Source of the DNA: a candidate division WOR-3 bacterium | GTDB taxonomy: Bacteria > Hydrothermota > Tepidihabitantia > SM23-42 > CAYGYG01 | Assembly (NCBI GenBank): GCA_965648915.1 | Contig: CBFGIV010000001.1 | Span: 96,001 to 160,000 of the forward strand | Length of the DNA: 64,000 nt | Direction: 5' to 3' | Part shown: positions 46,689 to 56,252 of the stretch, in pieces | How the letters are laid out: every line of letters starts with the position of its first letter | Numbering within the stretch: the stretch's first letter is position 1 | Notes under the pieces: model-generated | What the model saw: the letters and a program-made list of their open reading frames with translations, nothing else | Database searches by the model: none | What the model was told of the DNA's origin: nothing | Program-made: the position numbers and the translations under genes

Positions 46689-47807
46689 ATGCCTGAAGAG
46701 TTTGTGGAAGTAAAAAGAGTTGGTTATGGCTCGAAGATAATAAAATCGATTATTGCAATACCGATTGGCATCATTATGTTTATTGTCTCTTTTGTTGTTC
46801 TCTGGACAAATGAGGGCCGGGTAAATATTGGGAAGGTTGTCGAGACTGCGGTGGTCCTCAATTCTGGCCAAGATTTAACTCTGGCTGAAGGAAAAATGGT
46901 TTCAGTCACCGGCATGATCGAAACTTCAACACCGATTGGTGATCCTGAATACCTGAAACCCGATCGATATGTTATGCTCAAAAGAGAGGTTGAGATGTTC
47001 GCCTGGGTTGAGGAAAAAGAGACAAGCACGGAGAAGAAGACCGGTGGCGCTACCGAAGAGAAGACGGTCTATCGTTACAAAAAGGCGTGGACGGCAAATC
47101 CCGAACCGGCCAGTGAATTCAAATATCCTGAAGGGCATGAAAATCCTCCCCTGATTGTAAAAAGCACTGAGTTTTATAGTCCTGAGGCCAGGATCGGGAT
47201 TTATGCTTTTGAGGCCCGATCTGCAGGACTGCCGGACCCCGACCCGATCTTATTGACGAATGAAAATGTAATCCTCCCCGCAAATGGTCAGTTGATTGGT
47301 AATGAATATATCTATTTGGGGAAAGGTTCCTATGCCGAACCCCAGGTCGGAGATATACGAATCAGTTTTGCCGGGATCCGCTCGGGATTGAACGTAACCC
47401 TTTTTGGTAAAAAAGAAGGGATGAATATTGTCCCCTATCTCCATAAAGGTAAGAATCGAATCTATCGCGCATTGAGTGGAACCCGGGATGAAGCGATTGC
47501 CCAGCTCAAAATGGAGCATAAGGTTATGGGCTGGATCTTAAGGGTTGTCGGATTTCTTTTGATGTGGATTGGATTGACAATGGTTTTCGCACCGATCAGC
47601 ACCGTGCTTGATGTTTTACCTTTCCTGGGTGGTATCAGTCGTGGTCTTATCGGTATCGCAACTTTTATTGTTGCACTTGTCCTTTCGCTTGTTACAATTG
47701 TGATCGCAATGATTTTCCATAATCTGATTTCATTGATTATCTTTATTCTCCTGGTGGTTGTTTTAATCATTTTATTGTCAAAGAGAAAAAAGGTTGTAAC
47801 CGGGTAA
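46689..47807 (+). CDS. TMEM43 (DUF1625) family membrane protein
   Basis: LWTNEGR, LKREVEMFAWVE, GHENP, PQVGDIRISF, WILRVVGFLLMWIG; C-terminal TM helices. Confidence 0.85.
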   Translation: MPEEFVEVKRVGYGSKIIKSIIAIPIGIIMFIVSFVVLWTNEGRVNIGKVVETAVVLNSGQDLTLAEGKMVSVTGMIETSTPIGDPEYLKPDRYVMLKREVEMFAWVEEKETSTEKKTGGATEEKTVYRYKKAWTANPEPASEFKYPEGHENPPLIVKSTEFYSPEARIGIYAFEARSAGLPDPDPILLTNENVILPANGQLIGNEYIYLGKGSYAEPQVGDIRISFAGIRSGLNVTLFGKKEGMNIVPYLHKGKNRIYRALSGTRDEAIAQLKMEHKVMGWILRVVGFLLMWIGLTMVFAPISTVLDVLPFLGGISRGLIGIATFIVALVLSLVTIVIAMIFHNLISLIIFILLVVVLIILLSKRKKVVTG

Positions 47808-47840
47808 GATCTTAAGGAGGAACAGGAGTTTCAAAAAAGA

Positions 47841-49820
47841 TTATTTCTGTGCTGAAGTCAGCAGGTTTTTTAATTCCGGGCTCGGCGATTGCCCGAGATC
47901 GACTACGATCCGGGCATCACGCCGGGCTTTATCGTAATCACCCTTTTTTAAATAAGCCACCCCGCGGTTATTATAAGCAACTGCCAAGTAAGGGTCGCAC
48001 CGGAGTGCTCGATTGTAATCGGCGATTGCCTGATCATAATCACCTCTGGCTTGATAGCAGAGTCCACGATTGTTATAGATGATTGCCTGATTGGGTTCTA
48101 TCTTGAGCGCTTCGTTATAATCGTTGATTGCCTGTTCATAATCACCCTTGCTGTAGTATGCCAGTGCCCGATTGTTATAAGTCTTAAAATAACCCGGATC
48201 GATTTCAAGGGCAGTGTTATAATCCATAATCGCCTGGTCATATCTTTTTAAACTGAAATAGACCAGCCCTCGATTGTTATAAGCCTTGGGATTATTCGGC
48301 TCGATTTCGATGGCGGAGTCGAAATCAGCAAGGGCGGAATCGAGTTTGCCCTGACTGTAATAGGCAAGGCCTCGATTATTATATGCTTTGGCATATGAAG
48401 GATCGATCTCCAAACTTATACTATAGTCAGCAATTGCTTGAGTAAAATTGCCCATTGCCTGATAGATAAGGCCGCGATTGTTATAGGCAAGACCATATCC
48501 CGGGTCGATCTCGATGGCTTTATTTAAATCACTCAATGCCTGCTGATAATTCCCTCTTGTGAAATAAGCCAGCCCCCGGTTATTATAAGCCAGGGGAATT
48601 GCTGGATACTTTTCTAATGCGTCACTCCATAGTGTTATACTATCCCGCCATACTTTACACCTCTGCCTGGTTATCAGGGAAAATAACAGAATTAGAATGA
48701 CCGATATGCCAATTGAGAGATTTCTAACCAATTTTGAACTGCTGAACTTTTTGTAATTAAACCAGGTTAGGAGTTCAGTAAATAGATAAAATATTCCAAC
48801 TGAAGCGATGTAGGTGTACCGTTCAGCAATTGCCTGTCCGACCGGGACGATCTGCAAAACTGGGAGAAGGGTTATTACAAAAAAGGTCACACCAAATATC
48901 AACTTCCGAGATCTTCTGGCTAATAGGACGATAAGGCTGACAATTAGGATTATGGCAATTAGAGGTAGAAGATGGATAGCTGAAGAAGGTCTAAGATATT
49001 CTTCGGGCAGGGGATAGATGCTGGAGAGTTTAAGAGGGAAGATGGTCTTTGATAGATAGAAGATGATGCTATGACTTGCAACCAGCAGATTCTCAATTAT
49101 GGTAAATGCACCTTCGTGCGAAACGGCCCCGGCTGAGGCTTGCGAGAAGATAGCGATAATTAAAAAAATACCGGTGAGGGCAAAAAATGGGATTTTTTCT
49201 ATCCAGACCCCCTGGTCAAACTTTCGGTTCTGGAAATAATCGAAAATGATCAGGGTCAGGGGTAAGGTTACTGCCATCGACTTAGAAAGCAGTGAGAGGA
49301 CAAAAAAGATCAAGGAGAGGTAGAAGAATTTTTTCTGAGCTCGGTTACGAAAGTAGATGTAAAGAATCAATGAACCGATATAAAAGAAAGAATATAAGAC
49401 ATCCTTTCTCTCAGAGACCCAAGCAACCGACTCAACCCTTAAAGGATGGATAGCAAATAATAGAGCCGTTATCAAAGCAATCCACCTTTTTTGGACCAGG
49501 GTCTGGAAGAGCCAGAAGATCAAGAGGGAGTTAAGGATGTGGAAGATCAGATTGGTCAGATGGTAGGGGAAGGGATTTAACTTAAATAGTTTATATTCAA
49601 TTGAATAAGAGATGATGGTCAGGGGTAGATAAGAACCGACATAGAATGAGGTAAAGGCTTTAAATATGTTTTTTAGGGAGAGATTCTTGATGTGAACATT
49701 TTCAGTAACATAACGGTCATCATCCCAGTTGGTAAAACCATTTTTAAGGGTCGGAGAAAAGATAACCCCAGTAATGATGATAATTATCAACGCGGGGATG
49801 AGGTTCTTGATTCGGGCCAT
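47841..49820 (-). CDS. TMTC-like GT-C glycosyltransferase with C-terminal TPR array
   Basis: FTNWDD, HPLRVESVAWVSERKDVL, LLSKSMAV, AERYTY, WRDSITLW; about 7 AYNNRG TPRs. Confidence 0.88.
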   Translation of the reverse strand: MARIKNLIPALIIIIITGVIFSPTLKNGFTNWDDDRYVTENVHIKNLSLKNIFKAFTSFYVGSYLPLTIISYSIEYKLFKLNPFPYHLTNLIFHILNSLLIFWLFQTLVQKRWIALITALLFAIHPLRVESVAWVSERKDVLYSFFYIGSLILYIYFRNRAQKKFFYLSLIFFVLSLLSKSMAVTLPLTLIIFDYFQNRKFDQGVWIEKIPFFALTGIFLIIAIFSQASAGAVSHEGAFTIIENLLVASHSIIFYLSKTIFPLKLSSIYPLPEEYLRPSSAIHLLPLIAIILIVSLIVLLARRSRKLIFGVTFFVITLLPVLQIVPVGQAIAERYTYIASVGIFYLFTELLTWFNYKKFSSSKLVRNLSIGISVILILLFSLITRQRCKVWRDSITLWSDALEKYPAIPLAYNNRGLAYFTRGNYQQALSDLNKAIEIDPGYGLAYNNRGLIYQAMGNFTQAIADYSISLEIDPSYAKAYNNRGLAYYSQGKLDSALADFDSAIEIEPNNPKAYNNRGLVYFSLKRYDQAIMDYNTALEIDPGYFKTYNNRALAYYSKGDYEQAINDYNEALKIEPNQAIIYNNRGLCYQARGDYDQAIADYNRALRCDPYLAVAYNNRGVAYLKKGDYDKARRDARIVVDLGQSPSPELKNLLTSAQK

Positions 49821-49827
49821 CTAAAAT

Positions 49828-49855
49828 ATATTAGGGTAAAAAATTAAAAAGTCAA
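49828..49855 (-). promoter_or_regulatory. Sigma70-type promoter of the TMTC-like gene, probably leaderless
   Basis: Minus strand TTGACT-N16-TAATAT-N7-ATG; no SD. Confidence 0.6.
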
Positions 49856-49863
49856 TGTTTTAA

Positions 49864-49892
49864 TTGACAATGATGAACTAAACAAATATAAT
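49864..49892 (+). promoter_or_regulatory. Consensus sigma70 promoter of the tRNA-Ser/gltX cluster
   Basis: Perfect TTGACA-N17-TATAAT, 8 nt before the tRNA 5' end. Confidence 0.85.
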
Positions 49893-49900
49893 GGACGGTT

Positions 49901-49983
49901 GGAGAGCTATCCTAACTGGTAAGGAGCCTGACTTGAAATCAGGTGCCCTTCGGGGCATGGGGGTTCGAGTCCCTCGCTCTCCG
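49901..49983 (+). tRNA. tRNA-Ser(UGA), CCA not encoded
   Basis: Acceptor GGAGAGC/GCTCTCC, anticodon arm CCTGA-CTTGAAA-TCAGG, variable arm TGCCC-TTCG-GGGCA, TTCGA loop, G discriminator. Confidence 0.95.
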
Positions 49984-50006
49984 TCTCCTTAATTAAAATG
50001 TACTCA

Positions 50007-50095
50007 GGAGAGGTGGCCGAGCGGTCTAAGGCACCCGCTTGCTAAGCGGTTTCCCGCCGAAAGGTGGGACGGGAGTTCGAATCTCCCCCTCTCCG
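50007..50095 (+). tRNA. tRNA-Ser(GCU), CCA not encoded
   Basis: Acceptor GGAGAGG/CCTCTCC, anticodon loop TTGCTAA, variable arm TCCCGCC-GAAA-GGTGGGA, T arm GGGAG-TTCGAAT-CTCCC. Confidence 0.95.
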
Positions 50096-50157
50096 TTGGC
50101 TTTCAATATTTAGCCCGGACCAACTGATTAGCACCTTGAAAGATTAATAATTTACTT

Positions 50158-51594
50158 ATGAATAACCAGTCATCTATCAGAGTTCGAATGGCGCCAAGCC
50201 CGACCGGTTTTTTCCACATCGGCTCGGCCCGCACCGCCCTTTATAACTGGCTTTTTGCAAAACATACTAATGGCACATTTATTCTCCGCGTGGAAGATAC
50301 CGATGTAAAACGCTCATCCGGTGATATGATCGGGGTCATCCTTGAAGGTATGAAATGGCTCGGCCTTGACTGGGCCGAGATTTACTATCAGTCCGAGAGA
50401 CTGTTGATCTACGAACGCTATGCATCAGAATTACTGGAGAGCGGTCAGGCATATTATTGCTACTGCAATCCTGAGGCATTGGCCCGGGAGAGGGCCGAAG
50501 CCTACCGGCAGAAGATAAACTGGCAATATGATCGGAGGTGCCTCAGGCTATCAGCAGAGGAGCGTGCATTGAGAGAAAAGGCTCAGGCACCTCGGGCAAT
50601 TAGATTTTTAGTGCCGGATCACCCGGTGGAATTTAAGGATATTGTATATGGGAATATCAGACGTGAGGCAAAGGACATCGAGGATTTTGTCATAATGAGG
50701 CCTGACCACACGCCGACTTATAATTTTGCCTGCGTCGTTGATGATCATGAAATGGGGATTTCCCATGTCGTTCGTGGCACCGAACATACTAATAATACAC
50801 CAAAACAGATCCTGCTTTACAATGCCTTTGGCTGGCAGATTCCTTGGTTTGCTCACCTGCCTCTGATCCTGGGTAAGGACCGGAGCAAACTCTCCAAGCG
50901 TCATGGTGCGGTTTCAATCCTTGAATATAAGGAAGAAGGATTTTTACCCGATGCGCTGTTCAATTATATTGCCCTTTTAGGCTGGTCACCGGGTGATAAC
51001 CGGGAAATTTTAAGCCGGGAAGAGTTGATCCAGAATTTTACCCTGGAGAGGATCAATCCGGCCAATGCAATTTTTGATATTGAGAAACTGAAATGGATGA
51101 ATCAACAATATCTCCTCAAGCGATCAAAAGGAGAATTATTTGAACTGCTGAAACCCTATATTGTCAATTTAGGTTTTATGACCGATGATGAGATTGTCCG
51201 GGATCAGGATAGGGTCCGGGCAATCTGTGATCAGATGCAGCCGAGGCTCAAGGTGCTTAGTGATATTAAAAAAGCCGACTATTTTTTTATCGATAATTTT
51301 TCTTACGAAGAGGAGGTAATAAAGAAGTATCGCAATGAAAAGGCCTTTGGTCTTCTGGAAAGATATCGAGAATTCTTAAGGAATACGGCCGGGTCAGAAT
51401 TTAAGTCGAAAGCGATTGAAGTGGAGATGAGAAGATTTGCCGAGGCGAATGGTATAAAACTCAGAGAGATTGTCCATCCGGTAAGGGCGGCAATTACCGG
51501 CTCGGAAGGTGGACCAGGGCTATTTGAGATTATGGAAATTTTAGGTCGGGACAAGGTTGTTCAACGGATCGATCGATGGCTAAAGAGGACTTGA
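50158..51594 (+). CDS. gltX: Glutamate--tRNA ligase
   Basis: RMAPSPTGFFHIG (HIGH-type), RVEDTD, CYC, VVDDHEMGISHVVRG, KLSKR. Confidence 0.95.
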   Translation: MNNQSSIRVRMAPSPTGFFHIGSARTALYNWLFAKHTNGTFILRVEDTDVKRSSGDMIGVILEGMKWLGLDWAEIYYQSERLLIYERYASELLESGQAYYCYCNPEALARERAEAYRQKINWQYDRRCLRLSAEERALREKAQAPRAIRFLVPDHPVEFKDIVYGNIRREAKDIEDFVIMRPDHTPTYNFACVVDDHEMGISHVVRGTEHTNNTPKQILLYNAFGWQIPWFAHLPLILGKDRSKLSKRHGAVSILEYKEEGFLPDALFNYIALLGWSPGDNREILSREELIQNFTLERINPANAIFDIEKLKWMNQQYLLKRSKGELFELLKPYIVNLGFMTDDEIVRDQDRVRAICDQMQPRLKVLSDIKKADYFFIDNFSYEEEVIKKYRNEKAFGLLERYREFLRNTAGSEFKSKAIEVEMRRFAEANGIKLREIVHPVRAAITGSEGGPGLFEIMEILGRDKVVQRIDRWLKRT

Positions 51595-52136
51595 TCGAGT
51601 GTTTTATAAATCCCCCTGCCTTTACCGCAATTGTCACTTCGGTCGTTGAAGTTTATGCCAAAGAGACAATCGGTTTTCTGGTCGGTGTCCGGGGCGAAAA
51701 TAAGTTTATTATTGAATATGCAATTCCCTATCAAACAGCCGATGTTGGTTATACCCATGCCGAGGTTGACTGGAAGAGGGCAGAAAGAGTGAATGAGGTT
51801 TTAAAATTAGTTGGTGAAGGTCTGGAATTTATTGGTGACTTTCATTCTCATACACAATTTGGTCAGTCTCTGGCTGATATTAAACCTTCACCGACCGACC
51901 TGATTTCGACCAAGGAGGGCGAGATCTATTTAATCATTGCCGTCAATCGCCGGAAAAGGGCTCAGCCCTGGCGGGAACATCCGGACCGGACGATATCGGG
52001 GACGATTCGCGATTATCACATCAAGATCGGTGGCTATACAGTAATTAAGATGGGTTTTAAGAGTTATCGAAAAGTCAAGATTAGATGCCCGGCAGTCACC
52101 GGTCTGACCTGTAAAGATAATGTGAAGCAGAGATAG
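51576..52136 (+). CDS. JAB/MPN+ (JAMM) domain metalloprotein
   Basis: KETIGFLVG (catalytic Glu) and GDFHSHT...PSPTD (HxH...SxxD); start overlaps the gltX end. Confidence 0.8.
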   Translation: MAKEDLIECFINPPAFTAIVTSVVEVYAKETIGFLVGVRGENKFIIEYAIPYQTADVGYTHAEVDWKRAERVNEVLKLVGEGLEFIGDFHSHTQFGQSLADIKPSPTDLISTKEGEIYLIIAVNRRKRAQPWREHPDRTISGTIRDYHIKIGGYTVIKMGFKSYRKVKIRCPAVTGLTCKDNVKQR

Positions 52137-52151
52137 TATGGATGAGTGGGA

Positions 52152-53447
52152 TTATATTTTTCGTTTTGCTAAGGCGACCGTCTTTTTTGCCCGAGTAGTT
52201 CTATTTTCGTATTTATATTCCATAAAGATAATATAGATACCAACAGGAGTGATGCGGTTTGATTGATCGGTGCCGTTCCAGAAGATTGTCCCGTGGTCAT
52301 TATATACCCGTTGATGGTTGATCAGGTCCTTTACCTTTATTCCCCGGCCATCATAGATTGAGATAGTGAGATCCCCATTCGGACCGGGGAGGCGATAATC
52401 GATCTGGGCGAGATCATCGATTCCATCTCCGTCAGGCGAGAAGGGTGATGGATAGACACCGATCGATCCCGCCTTGCCGACAACCCAGAAGGATTTGAAT
52501 GCCTGATTGTTGGATGTATCTTTATCGAGGGTGAAAAGAATTCGGGCACCGATCCAGTGTTCGCCCCGGGATGGTTTTTGATAGACGGTTTTTAATGTGC
52601 TCTTCATAAGGGGCGGAATCTTATCTCCGGTCAATTCTGAAATCATCTCGCCCGGGTTGAGGAGAGAATCTCTATTTTTATCAGCAAATACCTGTAATTT
52701 CCAGTCATCACACAACTTTAATCCAAGATTGGTGATAGTAACTTGAATTTCGACATCTTCACCGAACTCGGCGGTGGCCGGTCGGAATGTAATCATTTTT
52801 GAATCAATCATCAGGTCGAAAGATTTTGCTACCGAATTTTCCTTTCCCGGGGTTGAGCCGGAAGAATCCAGGGAAGGCCACCAGTTATTTATGCTATCGG
52901 GTTGATCAATTTCAACCCTTTCAAGTGATATGCCATCACCGGGATCGAAGGGGATTGTATCGCTCGGGTTATAAGGTGTGCCAAAGGATGTGGTGCAGGC
53001 GAGGTCTGCCGAATAGATGATGATCGGGTCTTTGCTGCTGAGGCCATCGCAGATCGTATGATCATCAGTGGTGACGATTAATGTGCCGTCCGGAATTTGA
53101 TAGGGCTGTAGATACTGACCGGTATCGGGCCGGGTGTAGTCGCGATCGAGGATCAGAGCAAAAGTCTGAGGGTAAAATTTAGTGTCTCCAATACGGATAT
53201 TGGGATACTTTATAAGGATGGTGGAATCGGTCCAGGGATAGATTTCATCGGCCCGGGCCGGGTCAAAATCATAGATATAATAGTTCCGCAGGTCGATTGT
53301 GTCGTTTAAGATATTAAAAATTTCCACAAACTCATTCCGTTCTCCGGGTAGACCGCTGTCGCTCCCTTTGACATTTGCCAGCACCTCGGTAATGACCAGC
53401 GGTGAACTATTAAATATGTTTAAAATTAATAAATAGATCCCTACCAC
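52152..53447 (-). CDS. Secreted lamin-tail-domain + CARDB + FlgD-Ig protein
   Basis: LVITEVLAN, EFVEIFN, SLER, STPGKENS; ITNLG..SNN; PSPFSPDGDGIDD...GIYI. Confidence 0.8.
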   Translation of the reverse strand: MVGIYLLILNIFNSSPLVITEVLANVKGSDSGLPGERNEFVEIFNILNDTIDLRNYYIYDFDPARADEIYPWTDSTILIKYPNIRIGDTKFYPQTFALILDRDYTRPDTGQYLQPYQIPDGTLIVTTDDHTICDGLSSKDPIIIYSADLACTTSFGTPYNPSDTIPFDPGDGISLERVEIDQPDSINNWWPSLDSSGSTPGKENSVAKSFDLMIDSKMITFRPATAEFGEDVEIQVTITNLGLKLCDDWKLQVFADKNRDSLLNPGEMISELTGDKIPPLMKSTLKTVYQKPSRGEHWIGARILFTLDKDTSNNQAFKSFWVVGKAGSIGVYPSPFSPDGDGIDDLAQIDYRLPGPNGDLTISIYDGRGIKVKDLINHQRVYNDHGTIFWNGTDQSNRITPVGIYIIFMEYKYENRTTRAKKTVALAKRKI

Positions 53448-53453
53448 AACACA

Positions 53454-53481
53454 AATATAATTGAAAGCATAAAAAAATCAA
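53454..53481 (-). promoter_or_regulatory. Sigma70-type promoter of the LTD gene, probably leaderless
   Basis: Minus strand TTGATT-N16-TATATT-N6-GTG. Confidence 0.55.
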
Positions 53482-53514
53482 GCAGAATATACAGATGGAG
53501 TCTATAATCTTCTC

Positions 53515-53543
53515 TTGACTCTACTGGAGACTTAGCATATTAT
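53515..53543 (+). promoter_or_regulatory. Sigma70-type promoter of hutI-ftcd, probably leaderless
   Basis: TTGACT-N17-TATTAT-N5-ATG; no SD. Confidence 0.6.
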
Positions 53544-53548
53544 AAAGT

Positions 53549-54748
53549 ATGGTGGTTTTCATTAGGGAAGCTGGCCAGGTCCTGACGATGGAGGAAGGTC
53601 TCGGGGTTAAAGAGAATATTTCGATTCTGATTGAGGATGGAAAGATTTTGAAGATCGGGAAGATTAAACCACCATCAGAGGCAGTCATTATTGATGCCCG
53701 GGGCTGTCTGGTAATGCCCGGTTTAATTGATGCCCATACCCACCTGGTCTTTGCTGGCAGCCGAGCAGATGAGATGGTAATGCGTCTTCAAGGTATGTCC
53801 TATGCTGAGATTGCCGAACGAGGTGGTGGAATAATGCGCACGGTCCAGGCAACACGGAGGGCATCAGAAGAAGAATTATATCAGCAAGCCCAGAAGAATC
53901 TATCAACCCTTCTTGCCCAGGGCACAACTACATTAGAGATCAAGAGTGGCTACGGCCTTTCGCTTAAGGACGAATTGAAGATACTGAAGGTTATCAGGAG
54001 ACTGAAAGAAACAAACCAGGTTGATGTAGTTGCTACTTTTCTTGGCGCGCACGTGATTCCACCCGGCTGGAAACGGAAGAGGTATGTTGAGGCTATTGTT
54101 GAAGAGATGCTGCCAGCTGTGGCCCGCCAGGGCCTTGCCGATTTTTGTGATGTTTTTATGGAGGAAATCGCCTTTCATAAAAAAGAGACTGAAGCGATAT
54201 TTAAAACCGCCCGAAGCCTCGGTCTGGGGTTGAAGATCCATGCGGATGAATTGACGAACTGTAAGGGAGCAGAACTTGCAGGGAGATTTCGAACAACATC
54301 TGCTGACCATCTAATCTATACTGATCGTGAAGGGATTGATTGGTTAAAACGAGGGGGTGTTGTGCCTGTGCTTCTTCCCGGGACCGCACTTTTTTTAAAA
54401 ATCAGAAAGAAGCCTGATATCCCCTATATGCTCAAGCGAAGATTACCGGTTACCATTGCCAGCGATTTTAATCCTGGAACCTGTATGGTCAATTCGATGT
54501 TTTTGATTATAGGGCTGGCCTGTTTCCTGTATGATTTACCCTTAGAAGATGCACTGCTCGGAGCAACCATCAATGCTGCCCGGGCCTTAAGACTGGATCA
54601 GAAACTGGGAAGTTTGAAGGTTGGCAAGCAGGCAGATATCTTAATATTAGGCTTAAAAGATTACCGGGAGATACCTTACCGTTTCGGTCACAATTTTATT
54701 AAATCGGTTATTAAGAAAGGAGTCGTCGTTTATGAGCAAGATCGTTGA
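53549..54748 (+). CDS. hutI: Imidazolonepropionase
   Basis: PGLIDAHTHLVFAGSR, EIKSGYGL, TFLGAH, KIHADE, SADHL, ASDFNPG. Confidence 0.95.
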   Translation: MVVFIREAGQVLTMEEGLGVKENISILIEDGKILKIGKIKPPSEAVIIDARGCLVMPGLIDAHTHLVFAGSRADEMVMRLQGMSYAEIAERGGGIMRTVQATRRASEEELYQQAQKNLSTLLAQGTTTLEIKSGYGLSLKDELKILKVIRRLKETNQVDVVATFLGAHVIPPGWKRKRYVEAIVEEMLPAVARQGLADFCDVFMEEIAFHKKETEAIFKTARSLGLGLKIHADELTNCKGAELAGRFRTTSADHLIYTDREGIDWLKRGGVVPVLLPGTALFLKIRKKPDIPYMLKRRLPVTIASDFNPGTCMVNSMFLIIGLACFLYDLPLEDALLGATINAARALRLDQKLGSLKVGKQADILILGLKDYREIPYRFGHNFIKSVIKKGVVVYEQDR

Positions 54749-56252
54749 GTGTGTCCCAAATTTTAGTGAAGGCCGTCGTGCCGAGATAGTTGATCAGATT
54801 GTTAATGCGATGCGCGGTTCAGCCGCAATTGAGATTTTAGATATCCAGATGAATGGCGATCACAACCGTGCAGTTATCTCATTTATCGGTGAGCCGGAGG
54901 CAGTCCTCGAAGCAGCTTTTCAGGGATGTAAAAAGGCTACCGAGTTAATAGATCTCCGTGAGCATAAGGGAGAGCATCCCCGTATTGGAGCGACCGATGT
55001 CATCCCATTTGTACCGATCAGTGATATCTCAATGCTTGAGTGTGTTGAACTGGCGAAAAGACTCGGTGAACGAATTGCCCGGGAATTGAAGATACCGGTC
55101 TATCTCTACGAAGAGGCAGCGACCAGCCCCGAGCGTCAGAATCTGGCTAATTTACGCGAAGGTGAATTTGAGGGGTTAAGAACCGCAATCGAAACCGATC
55201 CGAAGCGTAAACCTGACTATGGTGAGGCCCGTATTCACCCCTCGGCCGGAGCAACAGTCGTTGGAGCAAGATTCCCTCTGATCGCTTATAATATCAATCT
55301 GAATACGCCGGACGTCTCAATCGCCAAAAAAGTTGCCAAGGCAATAAGGTTTAAAGATGGGGGTTTTAAGTTTGCCAAGGCGCTCGGTTTTGAAATCAAA
55401 ACTGAAGAGCCCGTATCTCAGACTTTAGGCCAGGTCTCGATAAATATGACAAATTATTTAGGGACACCGCTCTTTCGGGTTTTTGAAACCGTGAAGCGTG
55501 AAGCCGAGCGCTATGGAGTGATGATTAAAAATAGCGAGATTGTTGGTATGGTCCCGCAAAAAGCCCTGATCGACACAGCCGTCTATTATCTCCAGATGGA
55601 TAACTTTAAGGATGAACAGATTCTGGAAAATCGACTCAAGGCCAAAGAATCACTCTTCGACTACTTAATGGCCATTGCTGCACCAAAACCAACCCCGGGG
55701 GGCGGTAGTGTTTCAGCCCTGTGCGGAGCTTTCGGCGTGGCATTGCTCACTATGGTAACAGAGCTTACGCTGAAGAAATCTAAAAAAGATGAAGTTCTCT
55801 CTGATCTGGGAGTGAGATTAAAAAAAGAACTATTAGAATTCTTAAATTTAGTCAGGGAAGATGCTGAGTCTTTTGATAAGGTTATGAAGGCGTATAAATT
55901 ATCAGACAATACTGATGAAGAGAAATTATTGAAAGGGCAGAAGATTGAAGATGCTTTGAAGGGGGCGGCTGAAGTTCCCTACCGTGTTATGGATAAGGCA
56001 ACTGAGAACTTAAAATATGCAAAGACTATTGCCGAAAGAGGACTGGCTTCAGCGGTTTCGGATATAGGCGTTGCGGTCTATTCTTTCTTTACCGCTTTTT
56101 TTGGAGCGCGACTTAATGTTTTAATTAATCTGGCTGGAATAAAAGACGAAGAATTTAAGAATAATTATAAAAATAAGATTAAAACCCTTGAAATTTCGTT
56201 TAATTTCGATTATGAGGAAACGCTAAATAAGATATTGACAAAATTGTCATAA
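54732..56252 (+). CDS. ftcd: Glutamate formimidoyltransferase - cyclodeaminase fusion
   Basis: VECVPNFSEGR, DHNR, GEHPRIGATDVIPF, QVSIN; C-terminal PTPGGGSVSA and SDIGV cyclodeaminase domain. Confidence 0.93.
   Translation: MSKIVECVPNFSEGRRAEIVDQIVNAMRGSAAIEILDIQMNGDHNRAVISFIGEPEAVLEAAFQGCKKATELIDLREHKGEHPRIGATDVIPFVPISDISMLECVELAKRLGERIARELKIPVYLYEEAATSPERQNLANLREGEFEGLRTAIETDPKRKPDYGEARIHPSAGATVVGARFPLIAYNINLNTPDVSIAKKVAKAIRFKDGGFKFAKALGFEIKTEEPVSQTLGQVSINMTNYLGTPLFRVFETVKREAERYGVMIKNSEIVGMVPQKALIDTAVYYLQMDNFKDEQILENRLKAKESLFDYLMAIAAPKPTPGGGSVSALCGAFGVALLTMVTELTLKKSKKDEVLSDLGVRLKKELLEFLNLVREDAESFDKVMKAYKLSDNTDEEKLLKGQKIEDALKGAAEVPYRVMDKATENLKYAKTIAERGLASAVSDIGVAVYSFFTAFFGARLNVLINLAGIKDEEFKNNYKNKIKTLEISFNFDYEETLNKILTKLS

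Noticed and set aside
47900..48600. About 102-bp periodic DNA similarity (also at 1850-2950)
   Set aside because: Explained by 34-aa TPR coding repeats.
49901..49983. tRNA with a TGA triplet read as a selenocysteine or opal suppressor tRNA
   Set aside because: Anticodon UGA decodes UCA (Ser); tRNA-Sec needs anticodon UCA and an 8-bp acceptor stem.
49901..50157. tRNA 3' ends as an integration site for an island or prophage
   Set aside because: No integrase and no duplicated tRNA 3' end noticed; gltX follows directly.
53549..56252. Partial hut pathway (no hutH/hutU) as a novel pathway
   Set aside because: Split hut loci are common; the missing genes may lie outside the window.
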